From Gemmatimonadota bacterium (GTDB taxonomy: Bacteria > Gemmatimonadota > Gemmatimonadetes > Gemmatimonadales > Gemmatimonadaceae), in NCBI GenBank assembly GCA_003152485.1, contig PMAE01000041.1:20235-84234 (forward strand): DNA of 64,000 bases, written 5' to 3'. The notes under the pieces were generated by a model. It did no database searches. It was not told where the DNA came from and saw nothing but the letters and a program-made list of their open reading frames with translations. Numbering within the stretch: the first letter of the stretch is position 1; each line of letters starts with the position of its first letter. Shown here piece after piece: positions 54,132 to 63,444 of the stretch. A program made the translations under genes and the position numbers.

Positions 54132-55091
54132 GTGCTGATCAGCGTGCCAGCCCTACCGCTACCCGATTACCTCCCACTACTCGCCGAGCACGTGGACGGA
54201 CGCACAACTACGCAATCAGGACATCGACGCGACCCGCAGCCCACGACCGTCGCCTCCAAACCTCCCAGCCTCGACCCAGGCGCGCTGGACATCCGCCGAA
54301 TCTCAACGTGGGAGGAATACGAAGCGTGCGTCGCACTCCAGCGCGAGGTGTGGGGTCCCGAGTTTACGGAATGCGTCCCCGCCGCGATCCTCATGGTCAC
54401 CCAGCGGATCGGCGGCGTGGTCGCCGGTGCGTTCGATCGTGATGATCAGCTGATCGGGTTCGTATTCGGGATGACCGGCGTCGAGCGCGGGCATTTCGTT
54501 CACTGGTCCGACATGCTGGCCGTGCGAACGAGCGCACGTGGTCTGGGCATTGGCCGCCAGCTCAAGCTGTTTCAACGGGAAGCCGTACGCGCCGTCGGCG
54601 TCAGCACCATCTATTGGACATTTGATCCGTTGGTCGCCCGGAACGCACATCTCAATCTCGTGACCCTGGGTGCGGACGTCGTCGAATATGTACCTGATAT
54701 GTACGGGCACGAGACCACGAGCGTATTGCACCAAGGATTGGGCACCGACCGATTCATCGTCGCCTGGCACGTTGGGGACGGCGCGCGATCCCGGCCGCGG
54801 ACGGAAACACCCGCCGCGCAGTGCGCCGGCCTTCCCGCACTCAACGCCATGCCCGCCATCGCCGATGGCACCCCAGCGGTGCGCATCACGGTCCCCCTGC
54901 ACATCGACCAGGTCCAACGACATTCCCTCACCGTCGCCGCCCGCTGGCGGTCCGACACGCAGCGCGCATTCCTCTGGTGCGTCGAGCACGGCTACCGAGT
55001 CACGGGCTTCTACCGGGACGAGCCGTCCGAGACCGCAGGCTACATCCTGAGCTCTGCTGCGACTGCTTCCCACGACTCTTCACCGCGCTGA
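54132..55091 (+). CDS. GNAT-family N-acyltransferase
   Basis: ...HWSDMLAVRTSARGLGIGRQLKLFQRE is a CoA-binding R/Q-x-x-G-x-G/A loop. The GTG start is uncertain. It is the first gene of the three-gene cluster. Confidence 0.75.
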   Translation: MLISVPALPLPDYLPLLAEHVDGRTTTQSGHRRDPQPTTVASKPPSLDPGALDIRRISTWEEYEACVALQREVWGPEFTECVPAAILMVTQRIGGVVAGAFDRDDQLIGFVFGMTGVERGHFVHWSDMLAVRTSARGLGIGRQLKLFQREAVRAVGVSTIYWTFDPLVARNAHLNLVTLGADVVEYVPDMYGHETTSVLHQGLGTDRFIVAWHVGDGARSRPRTETPAAQCAGLPALNAMPAIADGTPAVRITVPLHIDQVQRHSLTVAARWRSDTQRAFLWCVEHGYRVTGFYRDEPSETAGYILSSAATASHDSSPR

Positions 55092-55102
55092 CCGCGCACC
55101 AC

Positions 55103-56245
55103 ATGCTTCTCGTCGATCGCATCATCCTGCGCGAGGTCCGACTCCCGCTCAAGGAACCGTTCCGAATCTCGTCCGGCGTGGTCACGGAGCGCCGCATCTT
55201 CCTACTCGAGCTTCACGACGCCAACGGCGCGACGACCTGGTCGGAGTGCGTTGCCGGAGAACAACCCAACTACACTGCGGAGACGATCGACACCGCGTGG
55301 TTCGCGATGCAACAATGGATCGCGCCGCGTGTCCTCGGCGTGCGGTTCGAACGGCCCGACGATGTGCACGTCGCGTTGGACCGTGATTTTCGCGGTCACC
55401 CAATGGCCAAAGCCGCCGTCGAGATGGGGTGCTGGGGACTCGCCGCAACCAGCGACGGCGTCCCGCTGGCCACCCGGATCGGTGGAACCCGGGACCGAGT
55501 CGCGACCGGAATCTCCCTCGGCATCCAGGCGACCCCTGCGGCCCTCGTCGAACGCGCACACGCCGCCCTCGCCCAAGGGTACCGCAAGATCAAGGTCAAG
55601 ATCGCCCCCGGCGCCGACGTGGCGTTCGTGCGAGCGGTTCGCGACGCGCTCGGTGCCGACGTCCACCTCATGGCCGATGCCAACTCGGCATATCGACTCC
55701 ACGACGCCGACCACCTCGCGGAGCTCGATGCCTTCAACCTGATCATGATCGAACAGCCGCTGGGTGTCGACGACCTGCGGCAGCACGCGGAGCTGCAACG
55801 GCGACTCCGGACCCCGATCTGTCTCGATGAATCGATCACGAGCGTGGATCGCGCCCTCGATATGATTGCGCTCGGCAGCGGGCGAATCGTCAATATCAAG
55901 CCGGGTCGGGTCGGGGGATACGCCGCATCCCGCGCGATACATGACGTGTGTCAACAGCACAAGATTCCCGTCTGGTGTGGCGGGATGCTCGAGAGCGGCG
56001 TCGGCCGCGCATACAACGTGGCCCTCGCCTCGCTGCCGAACTTCACGCTTCCCGGTGACCTCTCGCCGAGCGCACGCTACTGGGCCCGCGACCTCGTGAC
56101 GCCAGAATGGACGATGGATGCGGAAGGTATGGTACCCGTCCCCCGCTCCGCGCCCGGCATTGGCGTCACTGTCGATATGAATCGCGTCGATGACCTCACC
56201 GCGCGCACGACAACCCTGACCGCGGCCGCCCGCGCCATCGCGTGA
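55103..56245 (+). CDS. enolase-superfamily enzyme, o-succinylbenzoate synthase / N-succinylamino acid racemase (MLE subgroup)
   Basis: ATG 55103. KIKVKI (KxK), MADANSAY, IEQP, LDES and NIKPGRVGG are the catalytic and metal-ligand motifs. Confidence 0.88.
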   Translation: MLLVDRIILREVRLPLKEPFRISSGVVTERRIFLLELHDANGATTWSECVAGEQPNYTAETIDTAWFAMQQWIAPRVLGVRFERPDDVHVALDRDFRGHPMAKAAVEMGCWGLAATSDGVPLATRIGGTRDRVATGISLGIQATPAALVERAHAALAQGYRKIKVKIAPGADVAFVRAVRDALGADVHLMADANSAYRLHDADHLAELDAFNLIMIEQPLGVDDLRQHAELQRRLRTPICLDESITSVDRALDMIALGSGRIVNIKPGRVGGYAASRAIHDVCQQHKIPVWCGGMLESGVGRAYNVALASLPNFTLPGDLSPSARYWARDLVTPEWTMDAEGMVPVPRSAPGIGVTVDMNRVDDLTARTTTLTAAARAIA

Positions 56246-57480
56246 CCGGAACGGTCCAACCACCCACGACCGCGACGCCCGGTGTCGGGCCGCTTTCGCT
56301 GCAGTCACAGTTCCGTGGACCGCTCTCTAGCCAACTCGTAACCCTCCGCCGCGCACTCCACCAGCATCCGGAATTGTCGGGCCTCGAAATCGAAACCGCC
56401 CGACGGCTCGCGACCGCCTTGACCGATGTTGCCGGGTTGCGACCCGCGGACGTGCGATGCATCGGAACTGCCGTCATCGGTCGCATCCCGGGGCGGCGAT
56501 CCGGCGGACCGGTCGTCGCCGTGCGCGGGGACATCGACGCGTTGCCCATCCAGGAAGCGACAGGCCTGCCCTACGCCTCGGAAGTGGCGGGCGTGATGCA
56601 TGCCTGCGGTCACGACGTCCATGCGACGTGGGCGATCGGCGCGGCCGCGCTGCTCATTGCCGCGCCCGCAGCGGGCGATGTGTTGATCGTATTGCAGCCC
56701 GCCGAAGAGATCGACCGTGGCGCGGCCGCTGTCCTCGATTCAGGGGTACTCGACGGCGTGGCCGCGATCTTCGGCGCGCATGTAGACCGGCGGTTCACGG
56801 TCGGCCAGGTGGTCGCGGATGACGGACCACTCGCGGCATCGGCGGATACGTTTTTGATCGAGCTCGTGGGACGTGGCGCGCACGCGGCCCGCCCGCAGGA
56901 GTCAGCGGACCCGATCGTCGGCGCGGGCGCGTTGATCGGCGCCCTCCAATCGATCGTCGCCCGACGACTCCACCCGGCGACACCGGGCGTCGTCACGATC
57001 GGAACCATCCACGCCGGCACGGCCAACAATATCATCCCCGATCGCGCGATACTCACGGGAACGCTACGCACCGTCGACCCGGCCACCCGTCGCCTGCTTC
57101 GCGATGAGGTCGAACGCATCGCCACCGCGACGGCCGCCGCGTATCGACTCGAGGCCAAGGTCACGATGGAGCTCGGCCCGCCACCGATCGTCAATCCACC
57201 GGGTCCGACCGCGTGGGCCCGCGAGGCCGTCCGAACCACACTCGGCGATCACGCCCTGGTGCCCTTGGGGATCGTCAATCTCGCCGCCGAGGATTTCGCC
57301 CGCTACATGGAGCGCATCCCCGGCTGCTTCCTTCGCGTCGGCGCCCGCGAACCAGACGGCGTTCCCATCGCCGCCCACTCCCCACACTTCGCGGCCGCCG
57401 AAGACAGCATCTTCGTCGGAGCCGCGGTATTGGCGGAATCGGCTCGCGTCGCGTCGGAAGCGCTGGCGGCTCGCGGTTAG
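56242..57480 (+). CDS. M20D-family amidohydrolase (N-acyl-L-amino acid hydrolase type)
   Basis: GTG 56242 overlaps the preceding TGA (GTGA). HQHPELSGLE, DIDALP and MHACGHDVH motifs. Confidence 0.88.
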   Translation: MTGTVQPPTTATPGVGPLSLQSQFRGPLSSQLVTLRRALHQHPELSGLEIETARRLATALTDVAGLRPADVRCIGTAVIGRIPGRRSGGPVVAVRGDIDALPIQEATGLPYASEVAGVMHACGHDVHATWAIGAAALLIAAPAAGDVLIVLQPAEEIDRGAAAVLDSGVLDGVAAIFGAHVDRRFTVGQVVADDGPLAASADTFLIELVGRGAHAARPQESADPIVGAGALIGALQSIVARRLHPATPGVVTIGTIHAGTANNIIPDRAILTGTLRTVDPATRRLLRDEVERIATATAAAYRLEAKVTMELGPPPIVNPPGPTAWAREAVRTTLGDHALVPLGIVNLAAEDFARYMERIPGCFLRVGAREPDGVPIAAHSPHFAAAEDSIFVGAAVLAESARVASEALAARG

Positions 57481-57534
57481 TCGGTAGCCCTGTTACGAGA
57501 CCGCCGTGACGGGAGCCGTGACGGGAGCATGCAC

Positions 57535-57570
57535 ACGGGGCCGACTGCGTTACACCGCAGCCGGCCCCGT
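57535..57570. terminator. palindromic terminator between convergent genes
   Basis: ACGGGGCCGACTGCG-TTACAC-CGCAGCCGGCCCCGT, with one A.C mismatch. It is preceded by a 12-bp tandem duplication, CCGTGACGGGAG x2, at 57504..57527. Confidence 0.65.
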
Positions 57571-57602
57571 CCGTGTTACTGCTGACCGCCCATCGCTACG
57601 CG

Positions 57603-59069
57603 CTAATTCCCCGCTGCCGCTTTCGCGGGCGTCGCGGGCGCCGTCGGATGACTCGATCCCGGCGGCCCATGATCCCAGTCCTGGGCGCTCGAGATGTTCG
57701 GCATCGACCAATCGTCCCCGTTCCAGCCACTGAAGCCATCCATCTTGAACAGCCACGCTCCGGTGTTTGAGTCGGTGATCAGGATCAGGCCGTCGGCGTT
57801 GCGCACCATGACGCCGAACGCGCCGTTATAGATGCTCGTACCTTGCCAATCGGGCAGACCACCGAAGCCCTGCCCGTGGGAGCATTCGCAGGTGTAGTAC
57901 CATCCCACCGTCTTCGGGCGCTTCGGGTCCTGCATGTTGAATACCTGCAGTCCGTCTTCGTACGCCGATACGAAGACGTAGGGCCAGCGGACCTCATGAT
58001 TGTGTGCCAGGTCGTTCCAGTCGGCATTCCACACTGAGATCGGCTGCGTGATCGCCTGGACTTTCCCCGTGAGACCCGGACGCAGATCGAAGATCCGGAG
58101 CGGCGCCCACTGGTATTCCGACTCCGTGACCGCGAACTCGCCGTCCGGCGTCGGGGTGAACGTGTGCCCCCAACTCACGCCGGCCGCGCCGACGATCGAG
58201 GTGAGGAGCTTCGGCGCGTCCGTGTGCGTCACGTCGAAGATGTAGTAGCCGCCCGCGCCCGCGCCGTAGAACTTGTCCTGATGCGTTGCGGGGTCGTAGC
58301 CGACGTAAAAATCGTGGTAGCCTGAGATGGAGAGCGGCTTCGAGCTGTTCATCCCGGGGAGCGCTTCGTCCCAGTGCGGACCCGGTGGGATGGGGACCGT
58401 GCCCACCAACCCCTGGTCCTTGTCGCCCGCCAGCAGCTTGTCCATGTCGTAGATGTTGGCGACGCTGGACGTCGTGGTGGTGAATAGCAGCACCCGTCCA
58501 TCCGAGTGCTTGTACGGGAACAAGTTATGAAATCCCCCGGGCGTCGCGGGGGCATGGATCCGCGCAACGACCTTGACCTTGCTTGTGTCGGGCAAGCCCG
58601 TGACGTCAAAGATCACCGCCCCCAACTCCGCGTCCGGCGATCCCTGAAGGAACTGGAAGCACACCGCCACGTAGTACTTGTTGTGCAGCTTGAAGTACTT
58701 CGCGCGGAGGCCGCCGTCTCCGGAATGCAGCGCGGCATTCTCGATTTTCCACTTGTAGAGGACCTTGATGTTGTTGAGGTCCTTGAGATCGAGAATCGTG
58801 AAACCGGGCCGGTCGCGGAGCTGGCCCACGTACGCGTACGGTCGCGACATCTCCTGCTCGAGGTCCGCATCCCCGACGCGGAAATACCCGCCTAATGGGA
58901 TGTGCCCGAGCAGATGGATGTTCGGACTTCCACCCACCTTCTCGAGCAACGGCGCGCCGGGCGCGGTGGCGTTGCGCGGGTCCTGCGCGCCTGCCGCGGA
59001 TGCCCCGGCGAGCACCAATGCCGCGCACGCGAGCGACGCGGGAAGACGGTTTCGTCGTGTCTGCAACAT
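57603..59069 (-). CDS. exported LVIVD-repeat beta-propeller protein
   Basis: ATG 59069 is preceded by GGGAG. Signal peptide ...ASAAGAQ. Repeats of the type YAYVGQLRDRPGFTILDLKDLNNIKVL and YVFVSAYEDGLQVFNMQDPKRPKTV. Confidence 0.75.
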   Translation of the reverse strand: MLQTRRNRLPASLACAALVLAGASAAGAQDPRNATAPGAPLLEKVGGSPNIHLLGHIPLGGYFRVGDADLEQEMSRPYAYVGQLRDRPGFTILDLKDLNNIKVLYKWKIENAALHSGDGGLRAKYFKLHNKYYVAVCFQFLQGSPDAELGAVIFDVTGLPDTSKVKVVARIHAPATPGGFHNLFPYKHSDGRVLLFTTTTSSVANIYDMDKLLAGDKDQGLVGTVPIPPGPHWDEALPGMNSSKPLSISGYHDFYVGYDPATHQDKFYGAGAGGYYIFDVTHTDAPKLLTSIVGAAGVSWGHTFTPTPDGEFAVTESEYQWAPLRIFDLRPGLTGKVQAITQPISVWNADWNDLAHNHEVRWPYVFVSAYEDGLQVFNMQDPKRPKTVGWYYTCECSHGQGFGGLPDWQGTSIYNGAFGVMVRNADGLILITDSNTGAWLFKMDGFSGWNGDDWSMPNISSAQDWDHGPPGSSHPTAPATPAKAAAGN

Positions 59070-59118
59070 AAGCTCCCTCGGAATTGTGGAGAGGTACGAC
59101 AACACGCGAACGAACTGG

Positions 59119-60885
59119 CTACGGGGTCGGATCGACGGTGAACATCATGTGCATGCCTGCTTCGAGGTGCTCCGCGATGTGGCAATGCGCCATCCACGTC
59201 CCTGGATTCGACGCATCGAGGAGGAGATCCTCGACCGACCCCACGGGAATGAGCTCCGTATCCTGCCACGCCAGGTTCGCATTGGGCATGCCATCGCGCG
59301 TGAGCACCAGGAACCGCTGGCCGTGAAAATGGATCGGATGCCCCATCGGATGCATGGACGTGGCGTCGTTGCGGATCCGGATCTTGGCGACGTCGCCTTG
59401 CTTGAAATGCCAGTTGATATCCATGTTCTCCTTACCGGTCGCCACGTCGCGCATGATCCAGTGGACCTCCTTAGCCGTGGAGACCCAGTTCATGTCCGGC
59501 ATCCCATCGTTCCATTCGACGGGCGAGAAGTACATCGTGTCCACGATCATGAACGACACGATGGAGTTGGGCAGCCCCTGGATGTTGACCGTCAACGCCA
59601 GCTCGTGATCCACGGGCTTTGCGAACATCGGCCGATAGTGGTCGATGTCGCTGGTGACGGCAGGGTTGGCCCGAAGCGTCGCGAACTCCCGGCCGTGATC
59701 CGCCGTGGTGGGGTCGGGTGAGACAGTGATCGTGCCCAACGTATCCACCTCGGGGAAATACTCGCCCGCGTAGTTGTTGACCGCCTGCACGCGGTTCGTC
59801 AGCGCGATCGTCCCCGGCGTGTCGAAGCGCACTTCGGCGATGTAGCGTTGCGCGGGCGAGATCACGACACTGCTGACCATCTGCTCACGCTCGTACCGAC
59901 TCAGGTCAGTCGCCACCAGCTTGATCGGCGCGCCACCAAAATTCACGTTGTAGCTACGGGCGTTAGACGCGTTCGTCAGGAAGAACCGGATCACATCGCC
60001 TCGGTGTACGGCGAGATGATAGTTCGGTTCCCCGTTGACCAGGAACAGGTTGCCGAACCGCCCCATGATCGCGAAGTCGGCCGCGTCTTTGCCGAACGGG
60101 ATGATCCCCTGCTTGTCCACGAGCAGATCGTCGAGCAGCAGCATCGCTTCCGCGTTGACGGGGTTGTAGTAATGCGGATCGGGTGAGGTGACGACCGCGT
60201 TGCCGAACAACCCCAAGTTCTGCTCGATGTCCTCGCGCACGTGCGGGTGGTACCAATAGAGTCCCGCGTCCGGGAAATGGACCTGGTAGACGAAGGTGCC
60301 GCCAGGCGCCACCGCGTCCTGCGTGACACCGACCGCGCCGTCGAAGCGATTTGCCAACCGGACGCCGTGCCAATGGATCGACGAGGGCAGATCGATGTGG
60401 TTGGTGAATCGCACGTAGATCGTCGCGTTCTGATGGACGCGGATGAGCGGACCAGGGTACTGGCCGTTGAACGCGTACATCGCGTACGTCGCTCCCTTGA
60501 TCGTGCGGCGGATGAGACGCGCGTCGAGGGTGAGCGTGTCGCCATCGGCGACCTCCACCGGCGTGCTGGCCACACCGGCTGGGAGCGCCGACACATCCGT
60601 TCCGGTGCCCGCGATGTAGGGAATCGCCTGCGGATGCAGCCCCTCCATTCCCGGCATCATTGGGATGTCGTTTGGCATCGGCGGCATCCGGTGGGCACCG
60701 CTCGCCGCTGAGCCCGTGGACATGCCGGGCATTCCGGCCATCCCACTCATCCCCTGACCAGCAGTGCCCGCGCCCCGGGGTGTCGTGTCCGCGGGCGCGG
60801 TGGCCTGCGCGGCCGCCGCCACCGCCATCGTCCAGCCAGCGAAGGACGCGATCAGCGGGGCGCCAAGCCGGCCGAGGCGCATCAT
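59119..60885 (-). CDS. multicopper oxidase (CopA/laccase-like) with Met-rich N-terminal tract
   Basis: HWHG, HPHV, HPIHFHG and HCHIAEHLEAGM copper-site motifs. GQGMSGMAGMPGMS...MPPMPNDIPMMPGMEG tract. Confidence 0.92.
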   Translation of the reverse strand: MMRLGRLGAPLIASFAGWTMAVAAAAQATAPADTTPRGAGTAGQGMSGMAGMPGMSTGSAASGAHRMPPMPNDIPMMPGMEGLHPQAIPYIAGTGTDVSALPAGVASTPVEVADGDTLTLDARLIRRTIKGATYAMYAFNGQYPGPLIRVHQNATIYVRFTNHIDLPSSIHWHGVRLANRFDGAVGVTQDAVAPGGTFVYQVHFPDAGLYWYHPHVREDIEQNLGLFGNAVVTSPDPHYYNPVNAEAMLLLDDLLVDKQGIIPFGKDAADFAIMGRFGNLFLVNGEPNYHLAVHRGDVIRFFLTNASNARSYNVNFGGAPIKLVATDLSRYEREQMVSSVVISPAQRYIAEVRFDTPGTIALTNRVQAVNNYAGEYFPEVDTLGTITVSPDPTTADHGREFATLRANPAVTSDIDHYRPMFAKPVDHELALTVNIQGLPNSIVSFMIVDTMYFSPVEWNDGMPDMNWVSTAKEVHWIMRDVATGKENMDINWHFKQGDVAKIRIRNDATSMHPMGHPIHFHGQRFLVLTRDGMPNANLAWQDTELIPVGSVEDLLLDASNPGTWMAHCHIAEHLEAGMHMMFTVDPTP

Positions 60886-60918
60886 CCGCGCCCGGTTGGC
60901 GGAGTCACCACTGCCGAA

Positions 60919-61440
60919 TCACCACTGCGGATTGCCGCCGTTGTTGAGGGTGTGGCTCTGGTACCGCTGCATCCAGGTGCTGGGTGATGCGCCCTTGAGT
61001 AGGATCGCCCCGGCCCAGTGCGGAGCCACCCCCGGCTTTTCCGCCGTCACCAGCACGATGAACTTGTTCCACTCCACATGCCCCGCGGCCGAGCCGTCCG
61101 TGCCGACTGGGCCTAGGCGGCGCGCGATGCTGAGATCGGGGACCGTCGCCCACGCGACGTACGATGACGCGCCGTCATAGACGTGCGGGTCGGCCGGCAA
61201 TCCACTCACCTGCAGGTGGACGTCGTACATGACGTGCCCGTCGGCCGACAGCGACATCCCGAACGGCGACGGTGTCCGCGTCAGGACCGCGACGCCGGTT
61301 GCCCCGCGCGCATCGGTCGTGGCTTCGAGTGCGATGCTGTCGATCGCCGGCCGGCCGGTGACGCTACGCACGCGCGGACCATAGCCCGCGGCCGACGTCA
61401 GAAGTACGGCGGACGCCGCGACCACGACATCGAGTCTCAC
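60919..61440 (-). CDS. hypothetical exported protein co-oriented with the multicopper oxidase
   Basis: The GTG start overlaps the stop of the upstream peptidase gene (GTGA). Signal-like N-terminus. No recognised domain. Confidence 0.6.
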   Translation of the reverse strand: MRLDVVVAASAVLLTSAAGYGPRVRSVTGRPAIDSIALEATTDARGATGVAVLTRTPSPFGMSLSADGHVMYDVHLQVSGLPADPHVYDGASSYVAWATVPDLSIARRLGPVGTDGSAAGHVEWNKFIVLVTAEKPGVAPHWAGAILLKGASPSTWMQRYQSHTLNNGGNPQW

Positions 61441-63401
61441 GGCGTGGAGCCCGCGCCGCCCGCGGACACAGTATGCTGTTCCGGCTCCCGCACACCGTCC
61501 TTGAGATATTGGTCGAAGTATTCCAGCATGTCCCCGAGCATCACGCGGATGTTCTCGGGGCTCCGGATGTAATAGTTCTCGTTGGGATACGCCTTGAACT
61601 TCCCGGGCTTGTATCGAAACTCGAGCCGATCGGCGAACTGGCGCCCGGCGTTCGAGCGGGGGAGTTGCTTTCCCTCTCCATTGATGAGAAAGAGCGGCGT
61701 CTGAATGCTGTCGACGTAATAGATCGGCGAAAGTGAACGGTACAGCTTCTCATGTGTGGCAAGCGGCCCGAGCTCGTAGTCGAGCAGCTTGATGTGCCGA
61801 AGCTCTTGCTCTTGGTAGAAGGCGGGCCAGTCGCCGTACCCGGACGCGGCGATGCCCGCCTGGAAGACGCCCGGCGCGAACGCGGCCGCATCAAGTGTCA
61901 TGCATGCCCCGTAACTGGTACCCGTGATCCCCATGCGCGTCGGCTGGATGTATGGCTGCCGCTTGAGAAAGTCGGCTCCGGCAACGACGTCTTTCAAATC
62001 GCAGCGTCCCCAACACCCGTTATTCGCGTCCTCGAATGGCCGGCCATATCCGGAGCTGCCCCGGATGTTGGGTAGCAACACGGCGTATCCCCGCATGGCG
62101 AAGTACTGGGCCTGGGCCTGATAGGTGTCGTTGAACGAGGCCGTTGGCCCACCATGAATCAGCAGGATGCCGGGTGCCTTCTCGCTCGGGCGCAGCACGG
62201 GCTCGTAGAGATACGCCGCGATCGCGAGGCCGTCGGGTGACCGATAACTCACTTTCTTGGGATGGATGAGCGCGGGTGCGAGGTACGACGGGCCCGCGGA
62301 GTTCGTGAGCGCCGTCGGCGCTCCACCGGCCGCCGCCACGACGAATAGGTCCTCGGCGGACGTCGGTGTCTCGAGGGTATAGCTGATGTGCATGCCGTCG
62401 GGCGACCAGGCGCCATTGTTCACGACGCCCATGTCCTCGGGCTTCGCCACGACGCGCGGTGCACCGCCGGCCGCGCCGACGACGCGGAGGTCCTGCGTAC
62501 CGTTCCACAACGCCTGATAGAGGATGGATTTGCCGTCCGGCGACCAGCGCGCGCCGCTCTGATTCGCGGCTTCGGGGGCGATCGCCCGCGGTGCCCCGCC
62601 ACTCATGGACACCGCCCAGTAGTTGACCCACCCGCTACGCTGCGACCGGAATAGGAGCGTCCCGCCGTCGGGAGAGATCGCGGGATACCCGAAATTCCCC
62701 CCCTCGGCGTAGTCGAAGAAATCCGTGTCCTTGGTGATCATCCGCGGACTGGATCCGCCGGCGGCATCGATGAGCAACACGGTATGATCGGCCCACCGAT
62801 CGTCGAGCTGGACGTAGACGATGTGCTTGCTGTCCGGCGTCCACGTCGGAAACACTTCGTTGAGGGCATCGGTCGTCAGGCGCGTGACCGCGCCGCCTGG
62901 GACCGCGACAGTGTAGATGTCGAAGCTCCCGAACTTGTCGCCAGCCACGGCGATCCCGTGGCCGTCGGGCGCCCACGAGTAGGAATTGATCCGCGCGCCC
63001 AGCTTCGTGAGCTGCATCTCGCGGCCGTCCTGCAGCGACCGGAGGTACACCTCGGCCGGCCCGGACCGCGTCGAGATGTACGACACCCACTTGCCGTCCG
63101 GTGAGTACACGGCCTGATGCGTCTGGAGGAACGCGATGTCCCCCATGTCGATGTGGAGCGACCGTGGGAATCCGCCCGTCGGTGCCACTGACCACAGGTC
63201 CGAGCCGCCCAGTGCGCCGCCGAACATGATGCTCGCTCCATCAGGTGACCACTGGGGAGCTGCGCCAGAGACCAGTGAATGGACCGACACGAGATCCGCG
63301 GCGCTGAGCACCAACGGATCGGACCCGGCCTGCGCCGATGCCCGAGGAGCGACCGCGAGGGTCAGCGCGGCCGCGCCAACCGCGATCAGGACGCGCTGCA
63401 T
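61437..63401 (-). CDS. S9-family serine peptidase (TolB-like propeller + prolyl-oligopeptidase domain)
   Basis: Signal peptide ...APRASAQA. SPDG-type blades, nucleophile elbow GTSYGA and LIHGGPT. Confidence 0.9.
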   Translation of the reverse strand: MQRVLIAVGAAALTLAVAPRASAQAGSDPLVLSAADLVSVHSLVSGAAPQWSPDGASIMFGGALGGSDLWSVAPTGGFPRSLHIDMGDIAFLQTHQAVYSPDGKWVSYISTRSGPAEVYLRSLQDGREMQLTKLGARINSYSWAPDGHGIAVAGDKFGSFDIYTVAVPGGAVTRLTTDALNEVFPTWTPDSKHIVYVQLDDRWADHTVLLIDAAGGSSPRMITKDTDFFDYAEGGNFGYPAISPDGGTLLFRSQRSGWVNYWAVSMSGGAPRAIAPEAANQSGARWSPDGKSILYQALWNGTQDLRVVGAAGGAPRVVAKPEDMGVVNNGAWSPDGMHISYTLETPTSAEDLFVVAAAGGAPTALTNSAGPSYLAPALIHPKKVSYRSPDGLAIAAYLYEPVLRPSEKAPGILLIHGGPTASFNDTYQAQAQYFAMRGYAVLLPNIRGSSGYGRPFEDANNGCWGRCDLKDVVAGADFLKRQPYIQPTRMGITGTSYGACMTLDAAAFAPGVFQAGIAASGYGDWPAFYQEQELRHIKLLDYELGPLATHEKLYRSLSPIYYVDSIQTPLFLINGEGKQLPRSNAGRQFADRLEFRYKPGKFKAYPNENYYIRSPENIRVMLGDMLEYFDQYLKDGVREPEQHTVSAGGAGSTP

Positions 63402-63444
63402 ACTGTCTCCTGTCTGATGATTCGGCCCTGCGCTGCCGGCTGGA

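Noticed and set aside
55202-56308. 368-aa minus-strand ORF
   Set aside because: It lies antisense to the enolase-superfamily gene, which has all catalytic motifs.
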